Below, piece by piece: positions 1 through 12,910 of a stretch of DNA of 64,000 bases; the stretch's first letter is position 1; each line of letters opens with the position of its first letter. The notes beneath the pieces were generated by a model. It was not told the origin of the DNA and ran no database searches. It worked only from the letters and a program-made list of their open reading frames with translations. Source of the stretch: Psilocybe cubensis (Eukaryota); assembly GCA_017499595.2 (NCBI GenBank), contig CM039008.1, positions 2,294,001 to 2,358,000 on the forward strand, in the 5' to 3' direction. The translations under genes were made by a program, and so were the position numbers.

Positions 1-964
1 TCTCAATAAATCCTATGAAAGTGTTGTAATCCGCGTTCGAAGCCTCCAAAAGACTGAGGAAGGGCTTCCTTGGCTCTTTGCTTATAGATTCATCTTCCTT
101 CTGGATGGCGTGTTTGAAGAGGAACATAGCCATGTCTTTGATCATTCCCAAGAGAGTGTGGAAATATGGTGCAATGTTAACCGTCGGATACATCAAGAAC
201 TTTGTCTTCACGCTGGCGGCAATGATAGGGTCTGGGGAGTCCCAGTAAACAAGTACACCTGGTCCATCTTTAATGGATTGATTAGGGCGGTGGTACATGT
301 TGCAGATCCATAAAATCATATAAAAGAATGATTCAAAATCGTCTAGGTAATCGTGTGGGCGAGCATGCTCTCCATATCGTTCCTTTTGGATGACATTGAT
401 GGATTGGAATAAATGAGTTCCCTGTTATTGAAACATATCAATATTAAAACTATGCAGGCCAGTGCAGAACTTGCCGTCTGGAATGTGACAAAATGAGACG
501 GTTCACGCTGTGAGTAAATTGACGTGCCCGGGCCAGAGTCAATCAAAACCCGTCTATTTTGCACTCCATCAACCTGCCAGTGGCCTTCTTGATAGTGTGG
601 AGTTTGTTGGATAAAGGCATCAATGTTCTTTTCTCTAATTACAGTCTTGAGGAGTTTCTGGAGTTTTTTATAATTGTCATCCACGATACCACCCTCGATC
701 TTCTGCTGACGTGCATTTGACATTGCTATCTCCATAGGAGGGATTTCTCGCGGACCTACGCAGACCAATCTTGATAGGCGCCTTCTGTACTCGTTGTAGT
801 AGTAGAGCAAGTCCTAGATGAATCTCGAACAAGATTGCCGGATGTTGCGGGTAAGGGATTGTAGCGACTCTGACTCGAAGCTTAGAATTTAAACACGTCC
901 AAAACCCATTGTTGAACAATTGAAGAGGTTTACCGATCATAGGTGTGGGTATGTTATCTGCCAT
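1..964 (-). pseudogene. Fungal FunK1-type (Pkinase_fungal) kinase-like gene, C-lobe part; degenerate and runs off the window
   Basis: Minus-strand translation across a short intron (~423-473) gives ...VLIDSG...TFQT/GTHLFQSINV...HDYLDDFESFFYMILWIC, matching the FunK1 TGTxxF and HxxxDDxESFF motifs. No HRD motif was recognised and the upstream frames do not join cleanly. Confidence 0.5.
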
Positions 965-1586
965 GTTATCTGCCCGGCAGAATCCGAGCTTACTCTTTTC
1001 ACACTTTTCACCATAAAACCTTGGGTAAACTGCAATAAAAAAAATGTATTCAAGTATGTACAGGATGTGTATACACATAAGTGCCTTTAAAATTTGAGTA
1101 AGTGCTGTCGAATCAGTAGAATACGTATGGATGTTATCTGCCACCCCCAATGTTATCTGCCAGCCGAGGTGCCGCAACACAGCCACATTTGCGCACTTCC
1201 GTATTCAATTCACGCTCAACGGGCATCCTGGTTTGATTTTTTGAGGCTCTTTGAGTGATATTCTAGATCACATATAAAGTAAATAATGCCCAGGTAGAAA
1301 ATATCAGACAAATTTAGAGTACAGACAAAGTAAAAGGTACATGTTTACATGGTCCATTTCTCGGACGCGCGTCAGCGCAAAATCTTTGAAAATTTGCTTC
1401 TCGTTTCACACGGTATTTTACAAAATTTATGTTTGTGACAATCCGTACATATTCTCGAGTACTTTCAAGTAATTTCTCTTCAAAATTTTGACAAAAATAA
1501 AGCATCGTGAGTCTCTCTCTTTTTCTCTCCATTTTTTGGTCATTTCCCGTTTGGGACACCCACTCCTATGAACGGAAAACCATTGA

Positions 1587-2129
1587 CACGGCGGGCAAAA
1601 GTGCTGACTAGTCAGCCTGGGAGTTGGTCTGACCAGTCACCTGACCAGTGTGCTGACTAGTCACCTGACTAGTCATGTAGCTGTCACGCATTTACTGTCA
1701 CGCTGCTAAATTTCTGTAATTCCGCTCATTGATTGTAGAACAGAGGATTTCTTTTCTATGCCCCAGACTTACACAGGGCGGGCGTCGTGTACCTTCTAAA
1801 CAACGTCGGGTGACCGTGCACAAGTACTCTGAAAGCGTGATTAGTTATCCATTTGTTTGAATAATGACCGAATTTCAACCAAATACAAGAAATATCCAAT
1901 TCCGAGTCATTCATTACTTTTCCTCAGTGACAGTGCTTCGGAAGACAATGGTTTATTCCCATTTAATCTTATGTTACTGAACTCATTTACCAATACTAAC
2001 CAGCGTGACAACATTTGTGTGACCTCTCCTGACTGGTCAGTTGATTCGTCACGGAACGCGTCACGATATAGTCACGTGACTGGTCAGACCAACTCCCATG
2101 CTGACTAGTCAGCACTTTTGCCCGCCGTG
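1587..2129. mobile_element. 543-bp MITE, CAC...GTG termini, 3-bp TSD (CACTA/CMC-like)
   Basis: ~54-bp TIRs (CACGGCGGGCAAAAGTGCTGACTAGTCAGC...) with 1 mismatch. TGA flanks both sides (1584-1586, 2130-2132). Subterminal GACTAGTC/GACCAGTC repeats. Confidence 0.8.
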
Positions 2130-2413
2130 TGAAGAGGCACGGACTATAAAGAATCCGTGTTCGGCAGTCGGCACACCCCACAATAAAGCATGTGACTTGC
2201 CGAGCAATCCACGGCCAGCGGCCATGCTCAAAGAAGTTCAACTGAAGCTGTATTTACATCGTCTGTCTCTGTAAGTAGTTCTGATCAGATTAATGCTTTA
2301 AACATGTTTCAGTTACGAAATCAAGCTGTGTCGTTAACCGTACATCATTGGGAAAATCTGGGGAAAATGGCAGATACCAACTTGAATTAGTATCTGCCAC
2401 AGAAACGATGCAA

Positions 2414-4387
2414 TTAATATTTATTATTCCCCGTATTTACATGAGTTTTACTACTACTCCAGTTGTTTGAGTCTTGAGATAATGCCATTCGTGTATAGAA
2501 TTGTCCATAGTCTGTGTCGCTTGTCCTGGAAGACGCTACGGAACACACGGATATATCCGATAATACGGAGTAACTGCCAATGCTCAATATTGATCTCAAA
2601 GGCACGTCGTCCAATGGTGTGACGTAGGAAGAGAGGGATGTTACCGAGTCTCTCATTATATGAACTGGACAAGCTGATAACAGATCTGGCTCAGATAGTT
2701 TTTCAGAAAGGTCGATGATCACCGTAATCTGTGTGTCGCCAAGGTGCTGGTTGATTGTACATATCTCTAAAAATTGTAGTCCCCAGCCTAGATGTAGAAT
2801 CTCCTGCTTTAAAGAACTCTCGTCAATATCCGACTAATGAATCAACGTAGCATTTAGTAGAGGTTCCCTGAAGAATACGCAGTAAAACACTCACCACAGT
2901 GTTGCACTCTATTCGCGCGGTCTTCAACTCGGGCAACAACAATGCCAGATCAATAAGGAGCTGAGATGAAAATCGATGGATCCTCAGAGAAAGTGTGGAT
3001 ATCTGAAGTAGGGTCTCTGCCCTGATCGGTGATGGCCGTAAAATCGATAAAATATCATCATGCGAGAGTGCAAAGTCTACCAATGATAGCGAGTCCAGAG
3101 TAGGGCAGTGTAAATGTACGAGTCTAACACGTGGGTCAGAGCAAGCGCCTGAGAGGAACATGGAAACGCTAAGACTGCGAAGTTGAGGAAAGGGGATGTT
3201 AATATCTTCCGCAAGTTGTAGAATCCAATCAGTGATTTGACCGCCGCCAGCCTTATTAACGAGAACCGCTCGGGCAGAGAGAAAGCTCATTTCCTTGAGC
3301 TTTGAGCACTGTCGATCCATAAAACGACTAAAAACCCGTAAATGGGGGAGGGACGACTGCATAGACAAGAGGTTTAAGCTTCTATTTCTGTCTTCCCTGT
3401 CGAGGACCTTCCCTGAGTTAGCGAGTTGATTGCAAGATGGGGCAGAGCCAGACCGCAAACTAATTTCCTCCAAACTCGAACGATGTTTTTCTAGAAATCG
3501 GACAAATGTAGCAGGCTCCGAAAGATGTTGTCCATCAGCAGGAAGGGTGAGAGCGATCTTGGAAAGCAATGGAAACCTCCCCATCTTGCGAAAGATGCGA
3601 CTCAGATCCAAGTCATGGGAAGAGTGGGTAGATACAATACACAGAGACCGTAAAGAGTCTTTGAGGTTGTTGAGGAACACCATGAACCCATCCGTTGCCA
3701 TGTTAATTTCCTTGGGCGAGAGGGAACCTGTGTAAAGATGCCAATTGAAAGATTGCAATTTCGGAAGTTCGATTCCAACGAATGAGTTTAACATCGCCGG
3801 CGGGACCTTGACTGTCAGTTTGATCAAATTGTCGGACCACCCATCCAACCCTGCAGTTAGACAAGCCTGATATAGCTCTCGGTGATACCGAAAGGACCCG
3901 TCCCAGTCGATGGAATACTCCACCACATTCGGCATTTTCCTAAACGCTGCATTTACCCAAAATACATCTTCGTTCACCTGTTTCTGGATGCGCTCCTTTG
4001 CAGCTTTGCTTGAGCGTGATGACTGTAGCAAATTAGGAAACTTGACGCTGGAGTCTATACTATGCGCGAGAGGCTGAACTAGCCAAGGACGAATCTCGAC
4101 TTTCCGAATGTACGCTGCAGCAGTTGAATCGGTATCGCTATAAAATGCGGGCAATGATATTTACCAATATTTATACGAAGTCTCGACAAGGAGAAATGGC
4201 CTTACCATAGATGTTCTAAAAGCCTGATGGATCCATCCCTATCTAGAAATTTGACGGACGTATAGCGATATCGCATCCATTCCTCGAAAAGGACATGATG
4301 GCAACTATTGGCTTGCCGGAGGTCTTCGGGTGAGAGAAACCTCACGACATTGTACCATATATCGTCGTTGAACTGGCGTTTGGACAT
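2414..4387 (-). CDS. F-box-like / RNI-LRR-like protein (about 3 exons)
   Basis: Exon 1 MSKRQFNDDIWYNVVRFLSPEDLRQ resembles an F-box. Exon 2 (443-aa ORF) has LxxLxL repeats (LPKLQSF, LRSLCI, FPQLRSLSV, LPELKTARI). GTAAG donor at ~4205. The 3' end is approximate. Confidence 0.6.
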
Positions 4388-5512
4388 AACGCACGATCGC
4401 TAAGGATTCAGTGACCAGGCATTTTAAGAGTCAAGATCTTTGAGCGGGTGATTATCCAGGTAGGTGTGAAAGTGGTAAGCGTCTTACCTTGGTCCGGGGT
4501 CAATCGGGGTCGATGAGTCGGGATCATCCGGTCACATGCTCCAGGATATGGCGCGTCCCAGTCGACGCGTCTACCCCTGAGTAACTTATGAAGACTTAGA
4601 GTACTTCTATTACATCATATTTGGTACGCTGACTATGTCGTGTTGTCCTGAAAACCTCATAAGGTAACGTGCTTTTTGAACCATGCTGTTTTGAATTTGA
4701 TGTGGAGAATATCTATATAGATAGGTTCCATGTCGGTGAACACGGTCGACTTTTTATATCATCATGTACTCATTATTACTGATTCAACGTGTGCAGTGTG
4801 CGCACTTTCACCAAACTTTCGCTTGTAATTATCTAGAGGGTGTTTGGATCCACATTCTCTAGCTTGATTGGAGCCATATCGAATATTATTAACTCACGGT
4901 TATAACTCGTGAGAGTGCCGGATTAAACTTCTCTGGTATGGTGTATTGTCGAATACTTACCAAAAAGTGGAAATTTGTCACCGTTTAGTGAAGCCATAAA
5001 TATTTACTACATACAATAACGCTCATGGCTATCCATAGAGCTCAAATTCGGCTCCCGTCGTTGGGGATGTACTGAAATGAGGTGATCATCGAGCTAGTGT
5101 ACTCTATCGACTTGTGATTTAAATATTACACGCGAGGTAATGGGCTCCAAAAAAACCTAAAAAAACACGAAACCATCATTTTAGAGCTATCAGTGATTCT
5201 TCTATCTATAATCTCATGAGATGTTGATGTACACTAACCGTGATCAAAGTCACGACAGATAAAGGTCTTTGCCAATAGCTCTCTATGGAAGTAATTGTTG
5301 CTTCCAAGTACTGATATGATCACATCACATCAATTTGTAAATTTATTGAAACTATTCTCCACTCGAGATTTTACCGCTTGGATCTGGAACAATGGTGACT
5401 ACATATGCAATAATATCAACCTTCTCAAATTCTTGATACGCTTTAAAATGGAGAAAGTTAAAAGACCACAGGCTTGCTGCCAACTAGAAGCACCAGAATA
5501 CGCATCAGTGTC

Positions 5513-6821
5513 ATGGATTCTGCAAACTCCTCTACTACTAGCATGCCCAATAACTTCCTGCCGCCCCCACCTGGTCTCAACTACATTGCTGCCATACAGC
5601 CGTCACTCATTTTCCTCATGATTGGAACATCCTGGGGCGGCATCCTTCTCCCTCTGCTCGTCGCTTTATTCTACTTCTCTACAAAAGAGCTTCGGCGTAA
5701 GCCAGTTTTCATTCTAAACGTTTTGGCTATTCTTTTAGGGTTATTCTTATCTATTATGAATGCTGTCATCGAGGTGATTCCAGAATTACACTGTCTTTGG
5801 AAACGACTTACCCCCTTTTTACAATGCAGATACATGCACTATTATCACCTCTAGATCCGTTCAGGCTATGGACTATGGTAGTGTTCACCATAGGGGACAG
5901 CTTCACGCCATGGCTTGTGGAGCTCATCCTGGTCCTGCGCCTCGTCACCGTGTATCCTATTTCCCGTACGCCACGACGGACATGGTGTGCAATATTCATC
6001 CCGCTTGGTTTAATCAAAATCGGACGCATGATCAACATCACGATATACTGCGCCCAATACACCAAGCTGCTTCAAAACCCCAACTTTCAGAATCCCATCA
6101 GCGTTGGTCAGAGTTCATGGCACAGCCAGCCGGGTACTAAAATCGAGTGGACACTCCAAGTGGTCGATAACACGTACGTGAAATATGCACGCCGTAATAA
6201 TTTGAATGTTCGCTCAAGAGACTGAAGGGTGACGTCGGCGTTGTTTATCTGGCGACTTCGATCAGGTCTGCATGTTCCTGGCGTAGTAGAATCAGACATC
6301 AATTACAGTGGGTGCACCATCCGCTCATTCTGCTCCGAGGCTAAGATAAGAAAAACATTCCATGATGATGATCAGGATCCTACGCATCAAAAGTCAAAGC
6401 CTTATTCTGGATTGCTGTTTCTAATTTCATCTTCCCGGTCATTCTGAGCATCTTCCAACTTATCATGCTCTTTCGAGACCCAGACTTCCTCATCGGAAGC
6501 TACACCTACTTGACCAACGATTTTGTAGAAATTGTCGGAGTCATGCTGGCCACAGTTTGGGCTTCAAGCTCGAATTGGTCGTCCACAAACTCGGCATCAC
6601 TCGCGCACCCGACCATAACGTCATCCGCACCTCAATTCGCCAGGAATATTCACTTGGAGAATTTTCAGGCCTTCGACAGTATTGCTAGAGAAGAAAATAC
6701 GGGCACCGCAAGTCATCTGGAACTCAACAGTTTAAAATCTGGACATGACATAGAGTTTGGCCCTGTGGAATCACACCTTGAATTTTCTTCCAATGACGAA
6801 GAGAAGGCGCCAGTTAAGTAG
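5513..6821 (+). CDS. Multi-pass (7TM-like) membrane protein, 4 exons
   Basis: ORFs 5474-5854, 5797-6225, 6229- and 6465-6821 join across short GT-AG introns. There are about 7 hydrophobic segments and a polar C-tail. Confidence 0.7.
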
Positions 6822-6919
6822 TAGGGACAGAGTTTTTTGTTACACACTATCACCTGTACCTCATGTCAACACACAAATTACACAATAGCCAAGGATCATT
6901 ACTCAAACCTACCTTTTGA

Positions 6920-7300
6920 TTCATCGGTACTGATTGCTGAATGACAAACATGAGTGTAGGGCCTTCTGAGTCGCCTTCTGCAGTACGTCCACATGTCTGT
7001 TGTGAAGTTGGATAGAACGACGGTGAAAAATGGTGGTGATAGTGGAGTACGAAGAAGAAAACTCAGTCGCGAGCAATGCATTCATCGACCCAATCCCGCC
7101 CCCCACATCCACGACAAGGCTTCCGCTCGGCTGCGAGCTTCAATCAAGTTCTGATATGGTAAACGGAAAAAAAGAGAAAAAAGAAGCGCATATAGTCTGC
7201 CCGAGGCTTTGACAACAGGGAATCGAGATTTAACTCACCATTCAGAAGAGCTTCAGGTGCCTCCCTCCTATCCATGCCCGATAACGCTGTCTCACGCCGT
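6920..7300 (-). pseudogene. Relic fragment of the O-methyltransferase gene
   Basis: Encodes VDVGGGIGSMNALLATEFSSSYSTITT and EAPEALLN. The intact gene has VDVGGGIGSTSMLLATAFSSYSTTTT and EAPGAALN at 60750-61010. Confidence 0.75.
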
Positions 7301-7724
7301 TCAAGTCCGACGCCGTCGTCATCACGAGTCTCGCCACTAGGTACTAGACAATGGAGACTGCAAATTTATTTGTATCCCATTTCCCGATTCTCAATTTCCA
7401 ACTCCTTTTCAGTACAGTACAACACCTGGATCAGCGTGCTGGCAAGATGCTGTAGTCATCCGAGCTGTGGCGAATATTCTGACAGTCTGGAGCGTGAGGA
7501 CGAAGACAGTGATATGATAAAAAGGTAGAGGGAGGAGAAGAGTTTACGAGACCGACGTGGGTTCGTGTGCGTGAGCGCGTGGGTGTATAGTATGCACATT
7601 CGCGTATGTCCGTCCGCCTGTCTGTGGCGCTGAGCATGAATAAAAAGAGGTCATCTGTTTATTCTATTCAAGAGCTTGGTCCGTCAGATGCGGGTTGTAT
7701 ATCTGTGAGGTCCATTGATAGTAG

Positions 7725-8275
7725 TTTTTTTTTTTTTTTTTTTTTTTTTTTGGTGGAGCGTTGTCGGCTGGTCGGCAGCGACCTAGTCATTGCCTTGCAG
7801 CCCGCTTGTGTTTTTCGAGGGATTACACCTCGATGTCAGTAGAACAGTGTTTAAATATATGGGAATCACCGAGAAGAAATGCATTTAAGCACTTAGTGTG
7901 GGACTCTAATCCAGCCCGTTATAACGGCGTTTTCAGGTGATGGGCGTGTGGTAGTTCGTCCTACCTCTGGCTCTGCCATCATCCTTAACTGGATCAATAC
8001 CCACTAAAACTCCTCTGCTGTTCTTGATCCATTCCCACGGGAGCTTCGTCTCATTTTTCAGTGTGCCCCTCCATGTTTCCTGCACCATCCAGGTGCTTGT
8101 GGCTTTCTTACCGTATCTTGGGTTGCACATTGCGACGTCCAGTCTGAGGCGTTGATTCATCATGGCGATGAATTTATTTTTGATTTCCGTGGAGTTAAGG
8201 GTTTCGCCTTCGCGGTTGATGACCCTGTCGCATCGCAGCTTCCATAATAGGTGGGCTGATTCAGCCATTATAATA
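7725..8275 (-). mobile_element. 5'-truncated non-LTR retrotransposon (LINE) 3' end with poly(A) tail
   Basis: ORF 7933-8268 (ESAHLLWKLRCDRVI...WRGTL...VLVGI) resembles the C-terminus of basidiomycete LINE ORF2. The 27-nt T run at 7725-7751 is a minus-strand poly(A). The paralogous segment at ~14320-14370 lacks the insert. Confidence 0.75.
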
Positions 8276-9460
8276 GTGTATTGCCTACTTCGTGGTTGTG
8301 CTTGTCGCTGTCCGTGTCTTGCTGCTGAGAAATCAGGAGTGGATTGTCACATTAACACGTGCTGGGAACGGACATAACAGGGACAAATAAGCCTTTTTGA
8401 TTTGATTCTTCTTTGTCCTCAAGTCCACTCAAACCACCTCTGCTTTTCCTCTGTTTAACATTACGTGCTTCTTCATATGCTGTCTGAATTGCATCCAGGT
8501 GTCTAAACTTGCAGGAAAAAATATTTGGCGCGTTGGGGTCCTGAGCTCTAGAGAGGGAGAGGAGAACGCCGGAAAACTTGAGGGCAAAGGTAAAGTGACT
8601 GTCATGCGTATCATGTATCTTGCCCCTGCGGGATCCAAGTCTCCAGTCAAGTTGATGATTCTAATTCTGCCCCTGAAATATACCTACCCATCGCCAGTGG
8701 TTAACTATCCGACGCGGATGAGATTTTCGCAAGATTTTCGACAGGGATCATTATGCAGGTGGCGGTTTGACTTGACGATTTACAACCTCGGACTGTGATA
8801 TCGCGCTGACTGACTTCCCTGAAATGCAGGCCGAATTGGACTTTCTGTCGTTGTTTTGGCAAATGTCGATTGAGCTTTTGCTCCGTACTTTCACTTTCGC
8901 TTTCTCTTTGTTTCCCACAGAGAAAGAGAAAGAGACACATGTATGTGCCACAATATCCATACCGATAGTACAACCACCGCTGCTCCTACCCTACAGTTGT
9001 TAGCGAAGCAGTTACGGTCAGATATGGCGTGCTGGCTGTCCTCGGGGCACCCTTCGAGCCATTTTGGTTCGACATCTCTATCGCCATCATTTATGCTTTC
9101 CATCCATGGCATTTGGCTATGCATTTCGCGTTAGTGGTGGCAGGCCCCCAGATTTCTGCATTTTTGTTCTTTTTTTTTTGTCTGTTTGTGCTTTGGGCCT
9201 GGGTGATCTCGCCGAGTGAGCGATATCCTACGCCAAACGAGCGCGATCACCGGCCGAGCTGAGGGATTGCACACGCACGCGCGTCTGTCTGGGTGTCCGT
9301 GTCTGTGCCCAGAATATCAAAGTTTCGAAACACGCCTATGCGCCTTCTGGATAACCCAAGCATTAGTTTTATTTTTCATTTTTGACGGCATGACATCGCT
9401 CGCGACAGACGCTATTGAGCCGCTGGGGGTATGTTACGCAGAGGGAGTCTAGTTCGCCAT
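8276..9460 (+). repeat. Segmental duplicate Z, copy 1 (related to 14340-16560 and, more distantly, 55790-57450)
   Basis: Shared blocks include ACACGTGCTGGGAACGGACATAACAGGGACAAATAAGC, CATTATGCAGGTGGCGGTTTGACTTGACG and CACAGAGAAAGAGAAAGAGAC. Confidence 0.8.
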
Positions 9461-9466
9461 GCTCGA

Positions 9467-9860
9467 TCACACCGGACCCGGAGACGAAGATGAATTTACA
9501 TGCCACGAACTCAGAGAGTTGAGGGGAGCACTACAGTTAAACACTGAAATGCTTGCGAAATCTGGACTTGGCGGCGTCATCTGTGTCTCGTCCGAGTGGT
9601 ACGAAATAGAGATTATGTGATACTCCGTTTGGGCCTCCGTGTTCCAGGAGGAGGGATTTTTCATAAGAGATGCTTTCATCACCCGCAACGCCGTCATGCC
9701 TTGTTTTGGCGGATGTGCATTCAGTGGCCTCTTGCGCTATAGACACGAATATACGTTGCTTAGAAATACATTTAAACCCAATTTTACTTGCAAGAGGGGA
9801 AAGTCGGCTCGCATGGCTGTGTCTAAAATCAATCCGAAAGGCTTGTCTAGAATTCCAAAA
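9467..9860 (-). pseudogene. Relic of the permuted-papain-like family (copy E)
   Basis: MTALRVMKASLMKN is followed, after a frameshifting deletion, by SLLLEHGGPNGVSHNLYF. This is homologous to VKVSLMKN...HESLLVELRDPNGGAHYLYF, with the His segment deleted. Confidence 0.7.
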
Positions 9861-11280
9861 TAATCCCTTCTACCTTTTAAATATGGGCGGTCAATTGATC
9901 CACAACTTGGTGTATCCCGATCCTCCACGATGTGTTGTTTGTGCAGTCAGATTGTGCAGCCTAGCCTAATAAAAGTACGATCTATATTGATTTTGGCGAT
10001 CAACGCGTTTGCAACAAGGCTACAAAACCATAGTATCGTGATTTGAGGTTCTGTACACTTAATCTATGCAATAAATGAAGGAATCAATCACACGAAAGCA
10101 CATCAAACGATTGTATGGGCCAAAGTGTAAAAAAACCATTGACGACCCGAATTAACTACGTGGGTTGGATCGAGACGTGTCTGGATATGAATACATCGGC
10201 TTCCGGTCGGCGAAATATGGTTTTGTCAATCAGGTTAAGTTTATGAACCCGTCGTACCACATTGGGGAGGACTAGTAGATGTGTGGCCGCCGCAAGGAGG
10301 CCCTAATTCTTCTTTTGTATCGCATGTTTTCCCTTCAGCACTCGATTGTGTGTCCAAAAGATTTGTTGATATCCTGTTTAATTAACGGTCCTCTCACAGC
10401 GTGGTACAGACGTTTCGATCGTGCTACGCAACATTCCGCATAATCAGACAACTGGTAAGCTCTATGATCGTTTCGGGAATATACACATCCTTCCAGGGTA
10501 AAATCCCAACTGGCTACTCAAACACAGCAATCGAATTGACTTGTTATGCGTTTACACGCCCTTTGCTGGCCTTTTACATGCACAGATATTTGCATCCGTA
10601 AATTAACAAGGGGCCGTCATATCCGAAGCATAGTAGCGCCGTTTCAAGATATCATGTCATACCGATATTGAAATTATGTATTTTATATGCTCAATAAGAA
10701 CTTTACGAGTCATCTGGAATTTTCAAGGTTGTGTACAAGAAAATCAATAGGAGAGGAGGTTGAATGATTGTGGCTGCAGTCAAATTAGTAAAAGAGAATT
10801 ACGATTCGTAGATGAGGACTTGTGTTAAAATAGGTGCCGCATGTAGAGTAAATCACCAGTTTCAACAAAGTATCGATTGTCATCACTGCCTTGACAAAAT
10901 GGAGTACATGAAGCGAATCTCGAGGACGTTTTCAAGTTGCCAACGTACACATGTGTTCAAGTCTCTAATGTTTGTCAACAGCAAGCGCCTGACTATATGT
11001 CAGCTATGTAGTTGTATTAAAAACATATATCTAAGGTATTTTGGCCAGATAAACTCGAGGCCATTGGCACACTTGACATGGTGGGAAACCTCCGGCAACT
11101 GCCACAAATCTATAGCATCCGGACAACTCTAATTTTAGCGCACAGCCCGATCGTTGTGCCTCGTTGCGCAAAGTTCAACACGCGTTATCTAGCAGCGGTG
11201 AAAACCTCACACTGCAACAACGTGCAGCGTCAACGTTCAACCCTTAGTTCAAGTCCCTTTTATCCATCACTTTTCTCGCG

Positions 11281-12910
11281 ATGAAATTCCCCCTCAAAAG
11301 CTACTGGTCCTCCTTCGTTAACCATCTCCACCGTTTTTTCAAAATGTCGTCAGAAGCCGAGTCACAGAAATACCCAGAGCTCATCCGCGACACGCATAGT
11401 CTGCAAGCATACCTGGAGAAACTCGTCGATGCCTATGGTTGGCGTCCCAGTGAATACATGACGGAGCTATGTGTGGTGAAGGTATCGCTGATGAAGAATG
11501 TCAAGACCAAATCAAGGCACGAATCCCTCCTGGTCGAACTTAGGGACCCCAACGGAGGCGCTCACTACCTGTACTTTGAACGAGCACGGGACGTTAATGA
11601 TGGAAAGCGCAGCTCGTCGGGTCCGGCGCAACCACCGCCTGACACTGAGCAATTGTCTGCAGGCCCGACACCGAGCTACTCTCCGAGTGTGAGTTCCAGG
11701 AAGAAAAACCGAAGACAGAAAAGCCTACTTCGCAGACAGTCGGAATTATTATTGAACCAAACGATATCTTCGCTGAGCACCGCATCTTCTAGTGCTTCTC
11801 AATCTGTCAGTGATTCTTCGATGGGCACAGCGTGCGATACCGTGACATGTGTTCCCGACGGCCGGCGCTCGGGCGAGAAGTGCATGTGCCGGCTAGAATT
11901 CGAGAGAGAAGGAACTGGCAACGTCCCGGGCGTCCTACACGCACGACCGTCCGTGTACGATATTGCATTGATTGCAGACATCTTGAACAAGGAGGTGCCG
12001 CGTTACCACCTCTTCAAAAGCAATTGTTACCATTTCGCCGGTCTCCTTTACGACACTCTTAATAAACTGTACAATCCGAGCGAAACCATCTTGGAGAAAC
12101 TGAATGGAAAATGGAAGAGATTTCCTCTGTATGCTAAAGATCCGGAGCAGACAATTGCCTCCATCATTGATCAGTATCGCGACGCTCGCCAACAATTTCA
12201 CACCAAGGTACGTGTCACAATTTTCAACAATTTATTGGTTGTTTGGACCTCCATGCTGACTGTTGCTCAAGATTGAGAATCTCCACGTCGCGAGGGATAA
12301 GGCCAAGAGGGAGGCCGAAGAAAGGGCCCAAGAGGCCGACGAGCGCGCCAGAAGTGAGGCGCACCGCGCTGATACTGAAGCGCAGCGCGCTGATACTGAG
12401 GCGCAGGAGAAGAAAGAGGCTAAAGATCTCGCTCGAAGTGAGGCCCAGCGCGCTGAAAGTGAGGCCCAGCGCGCTGAAAGTGAAGCGCAGCAGAGGAGAG
12501 AGTTGGAGAAACGGTTGCAGATGGAGGGGAACCAGAAGAAAGAGGCGAACTACCGCGCTCTAAACGAAACACGCTTGAAGCAAGAGGAGAGGGGGCGGAG
12601 GGAAGAGGCGGAAAGGCGCGCTCAAAATGAAGCGCGCTTGAGGGAAGAGGAGGCGCGGCGGAGGGAAGAGGCGGAAAGGCGCGCTCAAAATGAAGCGCGC
12701 TTGAGGGAAGAGGAGGCGCGGCGGAGGGAAGAGGAGGCGCGCTTGAGGGAAGAGGCGGAAAGGCGCGCTCAAAATGAAGCGCGCTTGAGGGAAGAGGAGG
12801 CGCGGCGGAGGGAAGAGGCGGACAGGCGCGCTCAAAATGAAGCGCGCTTGAGGGAGCAGGTAGAAGAGGAGTTGAAAAGATACAAAAACATGCTCAAGGA
12901 GAGTCCGTAA
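11281..12910 (+). CDS. Permuted papain-like (PPPDE/LRAT-like) domain + charged coiled-coil tail protein, copy A (~521 aa)
   Basis: Exons 11281-12207 and 12272-12910 join in frame across a GT-AG intron. Motifs RHESLLVEL and YHLFKSNCYHFA are present, followed by an E/R/A repeat tail. Confidence 0.75.
12590..12860 (+). repeat. 60-bp coding tandem repeat (EARRREEAERRAQNEARLRE, ~4 copies)
   Basis: Repeated GGAAGAGGCGGAAAGGCGCGCTCAAAATGAAGCGCGCTTGAG. Confidence 0.9.

Noticed and set aside
9385-9452. MTSLATDAIE... as a relic of the OMT first exon
   Set aside because: Its position in the duplicated unit fits, but the similarity is too short to support by eye.
10000-11200. Short ORFs (66-106 aa) upstream of copy A, and similar ones at 16600-17600
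   Set aside because: No motifs, repeats or terminal structures were recognised.
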